A stretch of DNA of 64,000 nucleotides from Pseudomonadota bacterium (lineage in GTDB: Bacteria; Pseudomonadota; Gammaproteobacteria; Burkholderiales; Burkholderiaceae_C). The translations under genes were made by a program, and so were the position numbers. The notes beneath the pieces are model-generated. The model saw only the letters and a list, made by a program, of their open reading frames with translations. It did no database searches and was not told the DNA's origin. Below are positions 1 to 9,922 of this stretch, one piece after another. Location: positions 4,440-68,439 of the forward strand of contig JAFEER010000049.1 of assembly GCA_018240985.1 (NCBI GenBank), written 5' to 3'. Each line of letters starts with the position of its first letter. Position 1 is the stretch's first letter.

Positions 1-863
1 TACCCTCGGTCGATGCCTCGAACGGTCTGCAGCAGCTCTATCTCGGTGTCTCGGTTGCGCTGGACGTAGGCGCCGAGTGGAAACCGATGCACATAGCGGG
101 TCTTGGCCGGGTCAGGCCAGCCTAGCTCCATAAGGAGCTCATCGCGCGTCCACCGGTCCTTGTCTCGTGCATCGGCGACTAGGTTTGGTAGCAGGCCGGC
201 GATCTCGGAGGCCAGGCGCGACTGCTCCGGGCTGAGCTTGTGCAGATGCACGAAGTTGGCGGCGGCGCCATCCAGCACGCGCAGACCATGCAAGAACTTC
301 TCGAACTCGGCCTCGTTCAGACCCGATGCAGCCAACAACTGGTCGATTAGCGTGCGCCAGCCGGCCGCGCGCCAATCTGCCAGCGTGCGGTTGGGGAAGC
401 GCCCAAACTGGTCAACGAACGCGGCGCTATGTGCGGGCGTGTCATCGCCAGGCCTGTCGGTGGTCGACGGATAGTCCGTCGTCACCAAGCGAATTTCGAT
501 TCGGGCGCTGGGATTGTCCTTGGAGAGAATCTGCCAGGCCGTTATGAGCGGCCTCAGCAGGCCGTCCGCTCCCGTAAGCAGCGTTGTTACGGTGAACGGT
601 GCCGGGAACTTCGACGTCTTGAATTGGTGGCCCACCACCAGCCCATCGAAGCCCAGAACCAGATCATCGGCGATGCCAGCCTTGCGGTCGGCCAATCCCA
701 CCCACTGCATTTCCCCTCGTTCGAGTTCGCTGTAAATGGCCGCACCGGCCTTCCCATACTGAGCGACATAGCCGCGAACTGCACGGCGCTCCCCCTCGGC
801 TGGTGGTGGAGCAACGGTTTCCTTGGCAGGCTCATTAGTCGCTGCGACGGTTCTGCTAGACAT
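1..863 (-). CDS. 5' part (~287 aa) of a large protein with an N-terminal PD-(D/E)xK (Cap4/Mrr-like) nuclease, probably a nuclease-STAND NTPase (Avs-like); runs off the window start
   Basis: Hand-translated from the ATG at 863 with no stop to base 3: MSSRTVAATNEPAKETVAPPPAEGERRAVRGYVAQY...GIADDLVLGFDGLVVGHQFKTSK...HRFPLGAYVQRNRDTEIELLQTVRGIDRG. D..D..QxK nuclease pattern. Absent from the ORF track because its stop lies outside the window. The NTPase motif is not visible. Confidence 0.65.
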   Translation of the reverse strand, partial: MSSRTVAATNEPAKETVAPPPAEGERRAVRGYVAQYGKAGAAIYSELERGEMQWVGLADRKAGIADDLVLGFDGLVVGHQFKTSKFPAPFTVTTLLTGADGLLRPLITAWQILSKDNPSARIEIRLVTTDYPSTTDRPGDDTPAHSAAFVDQFGRFPNRTLADWRAAGWRTLIDQLLAASGLNEAEFEKFLHGLRVLDGAAANFVHLHKLSPEQSRLASEIAGLLPNLVADARDKDRWTRDELLMELGWPDPAKTRYVHRFPLGAYVQRNRDTEIELLQTVRGIDRG

Positions 864-1162
864 GCGGGCGACGTATGTTCGTACGTTTATTTATGCTGGG
901 AAGTACCGAGGATACCGATTGCAGTCAGCCCCAGATTGGTCGCCGCTTGCCTTGGCTTCATCTTAACGGCGTCGCACATCGCGGCATCACCTGGCTCCAG
1001 TTTGCCAGTTCGTTAGATCGGTTGTGCATTCGGACAGTCGAGGAACCGACCATTCAATGATCGAGTTCATGAAAGCTGCCATTGGGATGTCGGCGCGGGA
1101 ATGACTCGGATCCTTAAAGAGACATTCGTCGCGACTGGTTACTGGGCTGCTCCCGAGCGCTC

Positions 1163-3487
1163 TTAACGGCCATGACACCTTTTGAATTTTGCGCCACTAC
1201 CGCACGGACAGGGATCATTTCGTCTCGGTTTTGATCTTCCCAAGGGAGGAGCCGGTTGCTTGAGATTTATCGCCCGCGTTGGGTGAGCCATTCGGACCGC
1301 GTCCTCATAGATTGAGGTGTTTTTCTCCGTTCGCTCTGTTGGTATGCGAACAGCGAACGATTGCGCCCGGTGATAGTTTCCATCGAAACTAATCTCCGCA
1401 ACGACGCCGACCACATCAGAAGCCTTAACGGCTAACGAAGCTGCACTAGCCTTATCATTTACCTTTGCCCAGTCAATTGGCTGGCCGTGTTGCTGTAGCC
1501 AGATAAAGAGCGGCCCTCCATCTCCAGACAGAACAAAGTAACGGGCGGGATGTTGACTCAGGGTTTGGCGAAGGTCAGTGAGCATCTTAGCCAGATTTTT
1601 TCGGCCTTCCTCTCCCAGGTCACGGATATGGCTCTCCGCCGAAAGCCAACCGTCCGCTCGGGTTACGTCGAGAGCATCAAGCAGCTTCAGCACTTCTTCG
1701 GGGAAGTCCTGCGTCGGAAACGGCTTGGTCTCCCAGTCTTCACCCTCGAAGCTCCTATCAACGATGTCGCTCATACCGTCCCAGATAAGCATGTTCACCT
1801 TGTAGCCCTTTAGCTGCTCAGCAATATCCTGATCGAAACGGTTCTTCTTGAGGTACGCGCCAAGGTGGTCAAGCTCGTCGAAGAGATGGGCCTTGCGTAT
1901 CCCTGCCACGGCTTGCCGCACCTCCATGTAATGGGCGAACTCGCCGGGGGTGGGCAGGAGCCGCTTGAGTACGAACAGGTCGTCAATGGACAGCGAAACA
2001 AAGGCATGCTTTCCAAGTAGAGGCTCAACCTGTGGCAGTTCTTTGCAGTACGCTGAAAAAGGTGAGAATGACTCAACCGTCAGCCCAATCGGCACCATCA
2101 CTCGGTAGTCGGAGCGGCGAACACGGCCGCACTCTTCGTATTTGCCGTCTAACAGGCGGTAGAGGGACACTTCATCCGCCGAATTTAGGTAATTAAAAAA
2201 GCGCTCACACTGCTTGTACGCTTTGAGCACCAAGTCTTGAACGGATTGTGCGTGGCGGCCGAAATCAAGTGCAGGTGATGCTATGGTAGCGGCCGCACCG
2301 GCCTTGGCCTCAACTATAAACAGCACGTCATCAATCAGGATGAGCGTGTCATTTTCGGACCACTGCTTACTGGTAGGGTCCTTGTAGTATATCTCCTGGA
2401 AAACTTTAGCGCCAGGAAGCTGAGCGGCCAGAATGTCGGCGAAGGCCGCTTCGCTCATCGTCTTCTGACGCTCCTCAAAGGTCTTCTTGTAGTCCGATTT
2501 TCGCTGAAGCAGGTTGTAGAGAAGAGCACGATACCCCGCATCGCGGGCGAAACACGGATCGACGGCGTAGTAATCCGACCCAAGCTGGATTAGGGGTTTC
2601 TTCCGGGCCGGGAGTGTCCGGTAGGGTGTCCCCGCAAAATCGCCCGCAGCGAAAAACTCGGTTTCTTCGCCGCGCTGGTAAGCCAAATCTGCCAGCAGCG
2701 TCGGTGGTAGCTTCGTATGACGGCTTACGTTGGCGACGCCGCCTCGAAACATGTCATCCATTGCCCGTCCGGCGGCTTTCGCCTGTTCAGCATTGGCCTC
2801 AACCCATGCCTCCATGACATCTGCCAGAGGCTTGTCCTGTGCTGCAGCGAAGGCCTGAGCCGCCTCCAACTGCTTCATCATCTCCATAGTGGCTTCGGCG
2901 TGCCCAGAACGCGTGGCATTGGCCATGGCCTGAAAGCCTTCCGCGATATAGGCGGCACCAACGCCATACACGTCTTCCAAGACATCATTGTGAGGCGCCA
3001 GCACGTAGCGGTAGAACTCGCCCTCCAAAACTTGGTAGCGGTTCCCGCGCATCATCACCCAAGTGGATTTAGCGCGAAACTCAACGTCGGCGGTGTCGGG
3101 ACCAAAGATTCCATCTTTGGTGTCAGCAGACGTGGCCATGGCGAACAACATGGCCTGCTCACGCAGTTTTCGGCCAAGTTCAAACAGTTCTGCGCACTGG
3201 GCTTCGTCGAATGTCATGTCCGCAGGAGCCGCATCTGACGCGAGAACCGCGTGCACATACTCCAGCAAGAACTGGTTTTCGTTAATCAGGTCATCCGGAG
3301 CGTCGGTTTGGCATTGCTCTTCGGCAGCGCTTTGATCTGCCATCGCTTTCATCATGCGCTGTGCGTAGATGTAGCCGAGCAAATCATGCGGAGGCATAGC
3401 GACGATCAACTCGCGCATTCGGGCGGATGTGGCTTCCATGTTTTTCAATAGGGAAGCAGCGGCGTCTTTCCGTTTTTTATCGTCCAT
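1163..3487 (-). CDS. Helical protein with a central NERD-like PD-(D/E)xK nuclease and a C-terminal SEC-C zinc motif
   Basis: ENDTLILIDDVLFIVEAK nuclease motif; ends in RNDPCPCGSGAKFKRCHG (SEC-C). The ATG at 3487 (MDDKKRK) is preferred over the track start at 3634. Confidence 0.8.
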   Translation of the reverse strand: MDDKKRKDAAASLLKNMEATSARMRELIVAMPPHDLLGYIYAQRMMKAMADQSAAEEQCQTDAPDDLINENQFLLEYVHAVLASDAAPADMTFDEAQCAELFELGRKLREQAMLFAMATSADTKDGIFGPDTADVEFRAKSTWVMMRGNRYQVLEGEFYRYVLAPHNDVLEDVYGVGAAYIAEGFQAMANATRSGHAEATMEMMKQLEAAQAFAAAQDKPLADVMEAWVEANAEQAKAAGRAMDDMFRGGVANVSRHTKLPPTLLADLAYQRGEETEFFAAGDFAGTPYRTLPARKKPLIQLGSDYYAVDPCFARDAGYRALLYNLLQRKSDYKKTFEERQKTMSEAAFADILAAQLPGAKVFQEIYYKDPTSKQWSENDTLILIDDVLFIVEAKAGAAATIASPALDFGRHAQSVQDLVLKAYKQCERFFNYLNSADEVSLYRLLDGKYEECGRVRRSDYRVMVPIGLTVESFSPFSAYCKELPQVEPLLGKHAFVSLSIDDLFVLKRLLPTPGEFAHYMEVRQAVAGIRKAHLFDELDHLGAYLKKNRFDQDIAEQLKGYKVNMLIWDGMSDIVDRSFEGEDWETKPFPTQDFPEEVLKLLDALDVTRADGWLSAESHIRDLGEEGRKNLAKMLTDLRQTLSQHPARYFVLSGDGGPLFIWLQQHGQPIDWAKVNDKASAASLAVKASDVVGVVAEISFDGNYHRAQSFAVRIPTERTEKNTSIYEDAVRMAHPTRAINLKQPAPPLGRSKPRRNDPCPCGSGAKFKRCHGR

Positions 3488-4007
3488 AACTACTTTTGCC
3501 TGACGTTTCTGAATTTGAAATCCGCCGAGACGGGGCGAAGTCGGGAGGTACCAAACGCAACCACTTGCTCGCAGAGTCGCAGTTAGCCCAGGAAGCACCG
3601 ACGCGCTGACCTTCAGGGAATTGAGATATCCCACATCCAGAGTCAGAGTAGTACCGCGTCGAACGCCTTAACGCACTCACCCGCCAACCACTTGAAATGA
3701 GCGCGCAGCATCCCGTGGGTGGTTCGTGCCAGACCTTGTGCCTTTCACCGCCTCCGTAGCTCTTCTGGATTGCCCAACTCTCGTGAGTCTGGACGAAGCC
3801 GCGCATCAGGTATTCATAGTCCGCAAGCGTCACCTGCTGAGCGGGCGCGAGCACGCCGTGTATAAGGACGCCTTGGCCACTCACGTAGATGACGATTTCT
3901 TCGCGCTTCGCATTCGCCTTGAGGAACGTTACCGAATCTTCCGCGCCGACGAGCCAATTCGCGGCTTCGTCAACTGGAGCTTGTGCCAGAGCCTTTGGAG
4001 TTGCCAT
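3477..4007 (-). pseudogene. Probably truncated middle gene of the nuclease/SEC-C operon
   Basis: Protein-like for ~95 aa (MATPKAL...REEIVIYVSG...WAIQKSYGGGERHKVWHEPP), then the composition looks non-coding. Sits between two co-oriented large genes. Confidence 0.45.
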
Positions 4008-4079
4008 GTTGAATCGACGGGCCATATACAAGTAGCCTTTGCAGTCAGGAGTACGGGGCGATTGCTTGATTCGACCGAC

Positions 4080-7000
4080 TCAAGGCAGGCCTGCAACCGT
4101 GAAGAGCTCGGTCTTGAGCCAAGAATCCAACGTCGAAACTCTCACAAAGTGGGTCGGCACAAGGTAGGGTGGGTGAACCATCCAATAGTAGATATCCCTG
4201 CTGACGTACAGCTCGGCATAGCGCTCTGGAACTTTGGCAGGCTTCGGCCATCCAAGGAGTTCTAACATCCGGGTTCGGTGCTGCTCCAAAAAGGCACCTC
4301 TACGGAGCATCTTTCCGATTTGGCCTTTGTCGCCCTCCTTGCGGCCAAAGATCTTGTCGCGAATCCTGCGACCGTCCTTCATTGTGTAGAACGGCTGGTT
4401 GTACTTGCACTCCACCGCGGCCAAGAGATTGTGGTCAGGCCAATACGCGAGGACGTCGAAGTCGCCAACGTCTTCGAATCCTTCAGCTCGATGCTTCCGG
4501 TTGAAGTCGATGCCCCGAGCGACAAACGGGGTGTGCCGACGGAAAATCTCTTCACTGCGGAACTCCAGTCGCCTCTCGATGCTGGCCTTTACCTGCCGAA
4601 CGGCGGGTTCGATGTTCGGCCAACCGAAATCGGCGGGCAGATAGCCATCGCGCACCGACGACATCCAATTGAACATACAGCGACTCGCCGCCTCCGCGCC
4701 CCAACGCAGCTCATCACCAACCGGCACCAGTGGCCGGATGGCGTATCGGTAAACGCGCTTGCTATGCTCCCAGTAGGGCACCTCCTCCTCTTGGACGTCC
4801 CGACCGGCAAGTCGCAGAAGCCCCGTCTCTGAGAGGGTCAGGAAGGCAACGATGCGCTCTGCCTTCTCCTGTCCAAGGTCCTTGATCTCGGAAACAAGTT
4901 TCTCTGCCAGTTCTTTTGGCTTGGCACCGTAGGACAGTGACAGTTCTTTTGAGAAACCACGGTGCTGAGCTTGGGCCAGTACCGAAAGGGACGTAAACAG
5001 GTCTGACAGGTTGAACCCAAGGTCGGTCTCAAAAGCGTTGTTGAAATCGGCGGATTCCAATAGGGCTTCCGACTCTCCCTCAACCGCGTCCTTACGGTTT
5101 TCACCCAGACCAAGTCGTGTCTTGGCGTACTCACGCGCGAAACGAACGTCTCGATCATTGGAACCGTCGGAGTAGAAGACTTCCGGGATAAACGAATCGT
5201 CGATGGTGACGCCTGCAACATCAACCCCGTTGTGGAGGATGTCGCTGGCGTTTGCAAGCGACATGAGCCAGTCGACTTTGCCGACCAATTCGCGCAGTAC
5301 ATCGAGAGTGACCTCGCCGGGCCCAGATGCCTGGCTGCTAACTGCTTTCTCCAGTAGGTATCGATAGTGGCGAGCTACAGTGCCGTATTTCTCGCGCGCC
5401 TCTTCAACGGCCTCAATGCGATCGTAGTTCACCTCGTGAGACAGGCTTTGGCGGGCTCTTTGAATCCTTTCACGCTCGGTGGCCAAAAGCGCATCGTGCT
5501 GTTCGATGCAAGCTCGAATCAGCTGAAGCCGGTCAAGCTGAGCGAGCCGTCCATCAATGCGAAGCCGGAATTTAGCGCTTGCCAGGTCAATCTTTTCTTT
5601 GGCCTCTGACAGCGCGTATCGGCCAGGTGCCAGGCCCAGGTCCCGGATCACCTCAGCGAGTTGCTTGCGGGCCAGCTTGTAGTCCGACATTCGAGGAATG
5701 ACCACGGGTGGGTGTTCGGGAACGTCGACGCGCCGAGCAGTAACCCGCAGTGTGTATCGGGCAAGCCCCCCCGACATTGAAAGAATTGTTTCCTCCAGCC
5801 CTTCCGGCAGCGCCATGCCAAGGGCGTCGTGGCTCTTGCGAATCGTTTCAGCAAGGCACCGTACCTCGAAATGCCCGTCGTGAGCGTCGGTCAAGCCTGT
5901 GAGTACCGAACGAACATCGATCTCAAGGTGAATAACTGCAGCTCTGCTAAAGGTTCCTTCGGCAGCAGTTACAACTGGGCCTGCATTCTTATCCGCAGCA
6001 GAGTCCATTTCGTCATTGCCAACGATGGTACTGGACACGCTGCGTTTGCAGACAAATAGAACATGCTCCGACTGGAATAGTGGCGCGGCAGCCAACTGCC
6101 TGCGGCACCTGAAAGAGCTGTCGGCGAGGATCTGGATGAACAGGTTGACCATGCGCGCGTCTTCCAGGTCGCCCTTGATGTCCAGTAGGGCTTGAACGGT
6201 GCAGTCGCCGACGAGGGTCGAGTAGCAGATTACCTTGCGTCCGCGTGAGCTCATCTCGATGACGCCCTCGGTCCCTTCGCTTAACCTCCAGCCAGATGTG
6301 CGATCAGGAAAGACGCGAGGAGCCCTTGACCAGAACTCAGCCAGCGCCTTGAACCTCCATGAGGTACCCCAACTCGGGTCGAGGCTGATCATCGTGGGTT
6401 CCACCGCGCCATCAACTAGAACCCCGTCTGTGTCCATGAATGAGGCGAATAGATCGGCAGGACCGCGGGAAAAGGGACTTAGGGCCGCTCGTTGCCCATC
6501 ACAAAAAGCCCAATAGCGCTCCAGATCCTCAAGATTCTTCAGGCTGTCGAAGATGGTGATGAGATCCGCAAGTGGCAGGAGTCGCACGGGTTTGTCGGGA
6601 AGGTTGAGGAGCCCCACAGAGGTAGTGGCCAAGGCAGGCACAAGGATGATGTGCAGCTCATCGGCTGACGGACCGTTGACACCGTCACTCGAGAGCAAGA
6701 CTTCCGGGCCTCCAATGAGTTTGCAGCGAATGTTTTTTTCCTGTCGAGCCTTGGCCAGAACGGCAGCAGCAACCGCCGCCTGCTTATCGACCGTTTCATG
6801 ATCGCAAATGCAAATGAGGTACACACCCGTCGGCGCAGAGGTCACGCTGCTGATGGGAAGCTCTCTGCATATCTCGCCGCCGAGAACCAATACCACCGGT
6901 CCTGGCAGAGTGCCGTCATAGCGTTCGAAGACAAACTGGCTCAGCCTACTGTGCACCTGAGGGCTTACACTCGGCGCTTTCTTCTTTGCCCAGTGGTCGA

Positions 7001-7874
7001 TGACCGTCCCTGGAGCGCTTCGTACCGCCATCGGATACCAGGCCCCAGCGACGGTGACGCCCAAGAAGGGAAGGGCATCGCCAGTGAATGCTGCATTGCC
7101 AAACGAATCCCACGTCAGTGGCGCCTTGTAGCCACCGACTTCCGCATTGAGAGAAGTTCCCGTGCGCTGGCGCCAGTCGGCGCTCAGTTGACCGATGTTC
7201 TGCAGCATGTCCCTGTACGAGAGCCAGAAATCTTCCGGAGGGAGCTCTACGTGGCCACGTTCCGCATCGACAACAGGGGGCTGTATGAGGTGTGGAATGG
7301 CTTCAATGATCAGTGCCTGCATCGCGACGACCAAGTCCATCTGGGCCAGTGCGGCGGGCACATCGGCGTAGGTGATTCGAAAGGCTTCTATGAAGTCCGG
7401 CACTCGCTCGATGCTGCTGCCGTAGAAGACCGGAACGAACCGGCCGCCGAGACTCACCTTGGTCTGCCCCCAGTCCGCCTCAGGGGAGAAGTCTTCGAGG
7501 GTAGGAAAGTCGGGCCAAGCTGCATGAAGTGTTTCGGCGAACTTTTGGAAGTCGGTATATCTCTCGATTCTTTTACCGCCACGTCCTTCGAGCGGGATGT
7601 CCAGGAATACGCACCATGCAAACGCATGTTTGACGTGGCTGCCAGCATTCGCCGGCCAGAGCTCGGACGCACCGATTGCTCGCGCTACGTCTGCTGCGTC
7701 ATACTGGCACAGGAGGGCGCGGGTCTCCCTTACTTGAGCGAGGAATGTGTCCTTCACCTGTATGCGTTCGCCAAAAAGAGCGTGCAAACTGCTCATCTGG
7801 CGAGCTAGGAAATCAGGAGCCGCTGCGGTCTTAGCAAGTCGACGCTCGCGTTTCTCTCTGGACTTTCTACCCAT
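4080..7874 (-). CDS. 1264-aa protein with a C-terminal PD-(D/E)xK (NERD-like) nuclease domain
   Basis: Long uninterrupted ORF; C-terminal EDVGDFDVLAYWPDHNLLAAVECKY motif; basic N-terminus MGRKSREKRERR. Confidence 0.85.
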   Translation of the reverse strand: MGRKSREKRERRLAKTAAAPDFLARQMSSLHALFGERIQVKDTFLAQVRETRALLCQYDAADVARAIGASELWPANAGSHVKHAFAWCVFLDIPLEGRGGKRIERYTDFQKFAETLHAAWPDFPTLEDFSPEADWGQTKVSLGGRFVPVFYGSSIERVPDFIEAFRITYADVPAALAQMDLVVAMQALIIEAIPHLIQPPVVDAERGHVELPPEDFWLSYRDMLQNIGQLSADWRQRTGTSLNAEVGGYKAPLTWDSFGNAAFTGDALPFLGVTVAGAWYPMAVRSAPGTVIDHWAKKKAPSVSPQVHSRLSQFVFERYDGTLPGPVVLVLGGEICRELPISSVTSAPTGVYLICICDHETVDKQAAVAAAVLAKARQEKNIRCKLIGGPEVLLSSDGVNGPSADELHIILVPALATTSVGLLNLPDKPVRLLPLADLITIFDSLKNLEDLERYWAFCDGQRAALSPFSRGPADLFASFMDTDGVLVDGAVEPTMISLDPSWGTSWRFKALAEFWSRAPRVFPDRTSGWRLSEGTEGVIEMSSRGRKVICYSTLVGDCTVQALLDIKGDLEDARMVNLFIQILADSSFRCRRQLAAAPLFQSEHVLFVCKRSVSSTIVGNDEMDSAADKNAGPVVTAAEGTFSRAAVIHLEIDVRSVLTGLTDAHDGHFEVRCLAETIRKSHDALGMALPEGLEETILSMSGGLARYTLRVTARRVDVPEHPPVVIPRMSDYKLARKQLAEVIRDLGLAPGRYALSEAKEKIDLASAKFRLRIDGRLAQLDRLQLIRACIEQHDALLATERERIQRARQSLSHEVNYDRIEAVEEAREKYGTVARHYRYLLEKAVSSQASGPGEVTLDVLRELVGKVDWLMSLANASDILHNGVDVAGVTIDDSFIPEVFYSDGSNDRDVRFAREYAKTRLGLGENRKDAVEGESEALLESADFNNAFETDLGFNLSDLFTSLSVLAQAQHRGFSKELSLSYGAKPKELAEKLVSEIKDLGQEKAERIVAFLTLSETGLLRLAGRDVQEEEVPYWEHSKRVYRYAIRPLVPVGDELRWGAEAASRCMFNWMSSVRDGYLPADFGWPNIEPAVRQVKASIERRLEFRSEEIFRRHTPFVARGIDFNRKHRAEGFEDVGDFDVLAYWPDHNLLAAVECKYNQPFYTMKDGRRIRDKIFGRKEGDKGQIGKMLRRGAFLEQHRTRMLELLGWPKPAKVPERYAELYVSRDIYYWMVHPPYLVPTHFVRVSTLDSWLKTELFTVAGLP

Positions 7875-7974
7875 GAAACCCCTTTGATGTTCTTAAAAGT
7901 TCGCTTGCTGGCGAGTTCTGGCTACGACGGCGTGGCGGAAACAATGTTAGCAACGCAGCGCTTATTCGCTGGAG

Positions 7975-8213
7975 TGAATCACCCCGGCTTTCAAGGAGGC
8001 CGGTTGATTTAAGTCAGGTCGCCACAGCAGTGGCCTGACTGACGAGTTGCCGGTAGTAGTTTGCCTCAGCTTCTGCTGGTGGGATATACCCGGTGGGTTC
8101 GAGCAGGCGATGGTGGTTAAACCATGACACCCATTCGAGCGTGGCGAACTCCACGGCTTCCTTTGTTTTCCATGACGCACGACGATGGATTAACTCGGCT
8201 TTGTAGAGACCGT
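7975..8213 (-). mobile_element. IS3-family (IS51/IS401-like) right-end remnant
   Basis: The minus frame reads NGLYKAELIHRRASWKTKEAVEFATLEWVSWFNHHRLLEPTGYIPPAEAE (IS3 OrfB C-terminus), followed by the terminal IR TGAATCACCCCGGCTTTCAAGGAGGC at 7975. Confidence 0.8.
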
Positions 8214-8332
8214 TGCGGTCCGCAGCCGACTCGGGCTTCGTTCTGGCACGGCACTACACAGACTCAGCGATGCGAATGGTGTGTTCTTGGCATTGCGCAG
8301 ATTGCGGTTACACGTTGGGTTGGGACGACGAA

Positions 8333-9310
8333 TCAGCGCCCAGGTCGTCTTCGCATGTTTCGCAGGCCTTGGCTGATGGTCTTCACAGCAGCCGCATGAT
8401 TTGAAGTGCTGCGATTCGCATCCTCCGCGGTAAGGTCAAGCTGCGCAGCCTTGCGTCGTCGCCATGGCACCAAATCGAGTGCACCGTCTTCGGCGGCCGG
8501 CGACGCGCGTTTCGACTTTTGCGTTGGCTCCATCCGCGCGGCCAGTCGGGCTTTTATGCGCATCAGCTTATGCATTCGATCTTCAAGAGTCAGGGCTTTA
8601 GCGTTCTGCGTTCGAAGTGTGGCGTTAAGACCAACTCGTCTGCGGGCTATTGCCCCTTGCTTGCCAACATGCACTGTTGGCAGCCGCTCAATGCCCCTCG
8701 CTTTGAAACTGCGGTGGTCAACCCGTTCAGCAGATCCCGTTCGGGCAAGTGCAGCATTCACCAAGTCCTGCCAACGTGGTCGCAACCAGGACACAGAATC
8801 TGTGGCACCACTGCGTCGGCATGCGATGGGATCAAGCCTTTCTGTTTTCTTGCCGAGCACGCCATCGGCATCGACGGTACATGCGGTAAGAAGCAGGTGC
8901 GCATGGAAATTTCGATCGTCGCCATCACGTGACGGAGCGTGCAGTGCGCAATCCACGCCAACGCCAAACTCGTCGGCAATTTCACGTGCAAAGCCAAACG
9001 CCAACTCGGCGCGTTCGTCGGCGCCAAGTTCTGTGGGAAGAGCCAGCACAATTTCGCGCGCCAAAACGGCATCACGCCGGCGGTGATGCATCTCGACGCC
9101 ATTCCAGAAGTGCTCTCTATCGCGCACAACGCGGCCGCCTGGCAGATGAATGCGCGCATCGAGCACGCCGTGCCGGCGACGGTAGTCGAAGACCTGCCCG
9201 GTGCGCTGATCACTGATCAGCGCACCGGCACGGTAGGCGGCAGCGGCAGTCGCAGAGCGTCCGGTGGCACGCGTGATGGGCGCGCGTGCGCTCAAGTGAA
9301 AAATAGCCAT
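8333..9310 (-). CDS. mobA: MobA/MobL (MOBQ) relaxase, without a fused primase
   Basis: MAIFHLS...GRSATAAAAYRAG (catalytic Tyr), REIVLALPTEL and the HAPS...NFHAHLLL 3H motif; ATG at 9310. Confidence 0.93.
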   Translation of the reverse strand: MAIFHLSARAPITRATGRSATAAAAYRAGALISDQRTGQVFDYRRRHGVLDARIHLPGGRVVRDREHFWNGVEMHHRRRDAVLAREIVLALPTELGADERAELAFGFAREIADEFGVGVDCALHAPSRDGDDRNFHAHLLLTACTVDADGVLGKKTERLDPIACRRSGATDSVSWLRPRWQDLVNAALARTGSAERVDHRSFKARGIERLPTVHVGKQGAIARRRVGLNATLRTQNAKALTLEDRMHKLMRIKARLAARMEPTQKSKRASPAAEDGALDLVPWRRRKAAQLDLTAEDANRSTSNHAAAVKTISQGLRNMRRRPGR

Positions 9311-9352
9311 TCGCAGTTCCTCAGGGGTGTCGGGGCGCAGCCCTGACCGCAC

Positions 9353-9390
9353 GTAATCCTGCAGCGCGGGATTACTCTAAGTGCGCCCTT
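9353..9390 (+). other. MOBQ/RSF1010-type origin of transfer (oriT)
   Basis: Inverted repeat GTAATCCTGC/GCGGGATTAC (9353-9375) followed by TAAGTGCG^CCCT (9378-9389), the RSF1010-family nic sequence, between divergent mob genes. Confidence 0.9.
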
Positions 9391-9531
9391 CGGGGTTAAG
9401 TCGTCCGCGCCTCCCTTCCAATAGCCATTCGCAATAAAGGCCAAATGAGCAAGGGCAATCAGTACCGCACAGCCCCACAGATGGCTCGCCGATTCCTACA
9501 CTGTAATTAGCAAACGTATCCAGGAACGGCC

Positions 9532-9861
9532 ATGACATCCAGAAGCATCGAGTCCATTGATCTCAAAATGCAGCAGCTCAAAAACGAACGGTCTCAGCTG
9601 CTCGCAAGGAAGTGCGACAAAGAGCGCAAACGCAGTACGCGCCAGGCAATCATCATCGGCAAATGGATCATGACCAAACAGACCGTGCTCGCGGCAGCGA
9701 TCGCACAAGAGCTGGAGCGTGACCAAGATCGCGCGGCGTTCGGCTTGCCGCCGAAAGCTGAAAAGGTTCCGAAGATCTCGAGCAATACGCAAGTTGACAT
9801 CCTGCTTCCGCTGGACGATCGCCCAGCGCCTCCATCAGCAGGAATCCAGAACGCCGAGTAA
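9532..9861 (+). CDS. Small mobilization accessory protein (MobC/MobS/TraD-like coiled coil)
   Basis: Divergent from mobA across oriT; LKMQQLKNERSQLLAR...KERKRSTRQAIIIGKW pattern. Confidence 0.7.
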   Translation: MTSRSIESIDLKMQQLKNERSQLLARKCDKERKRSTRQAIIIGKWIMTKQTVLAAAIAQELERDQDRAAFGLPPKAEKVPKISSNTQVDILLPLDDRPAPPSAGIQNAE

Positions 9862-9922
9862 CTGCAACGCCCAGCTTGCAAACCGATGCAGCTGGACAGT
9901 TGCCCATCCCCGCTGGCACGGG

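Noticed and set aside
1163-3634. SecA translocase call, and the longer 823-aa start
   Set aside because: Only the SEC-C motif is shared and there is no SecA ATPase core. The 3488-3634 extension overlaps the upstream ORF and looks non-coding.
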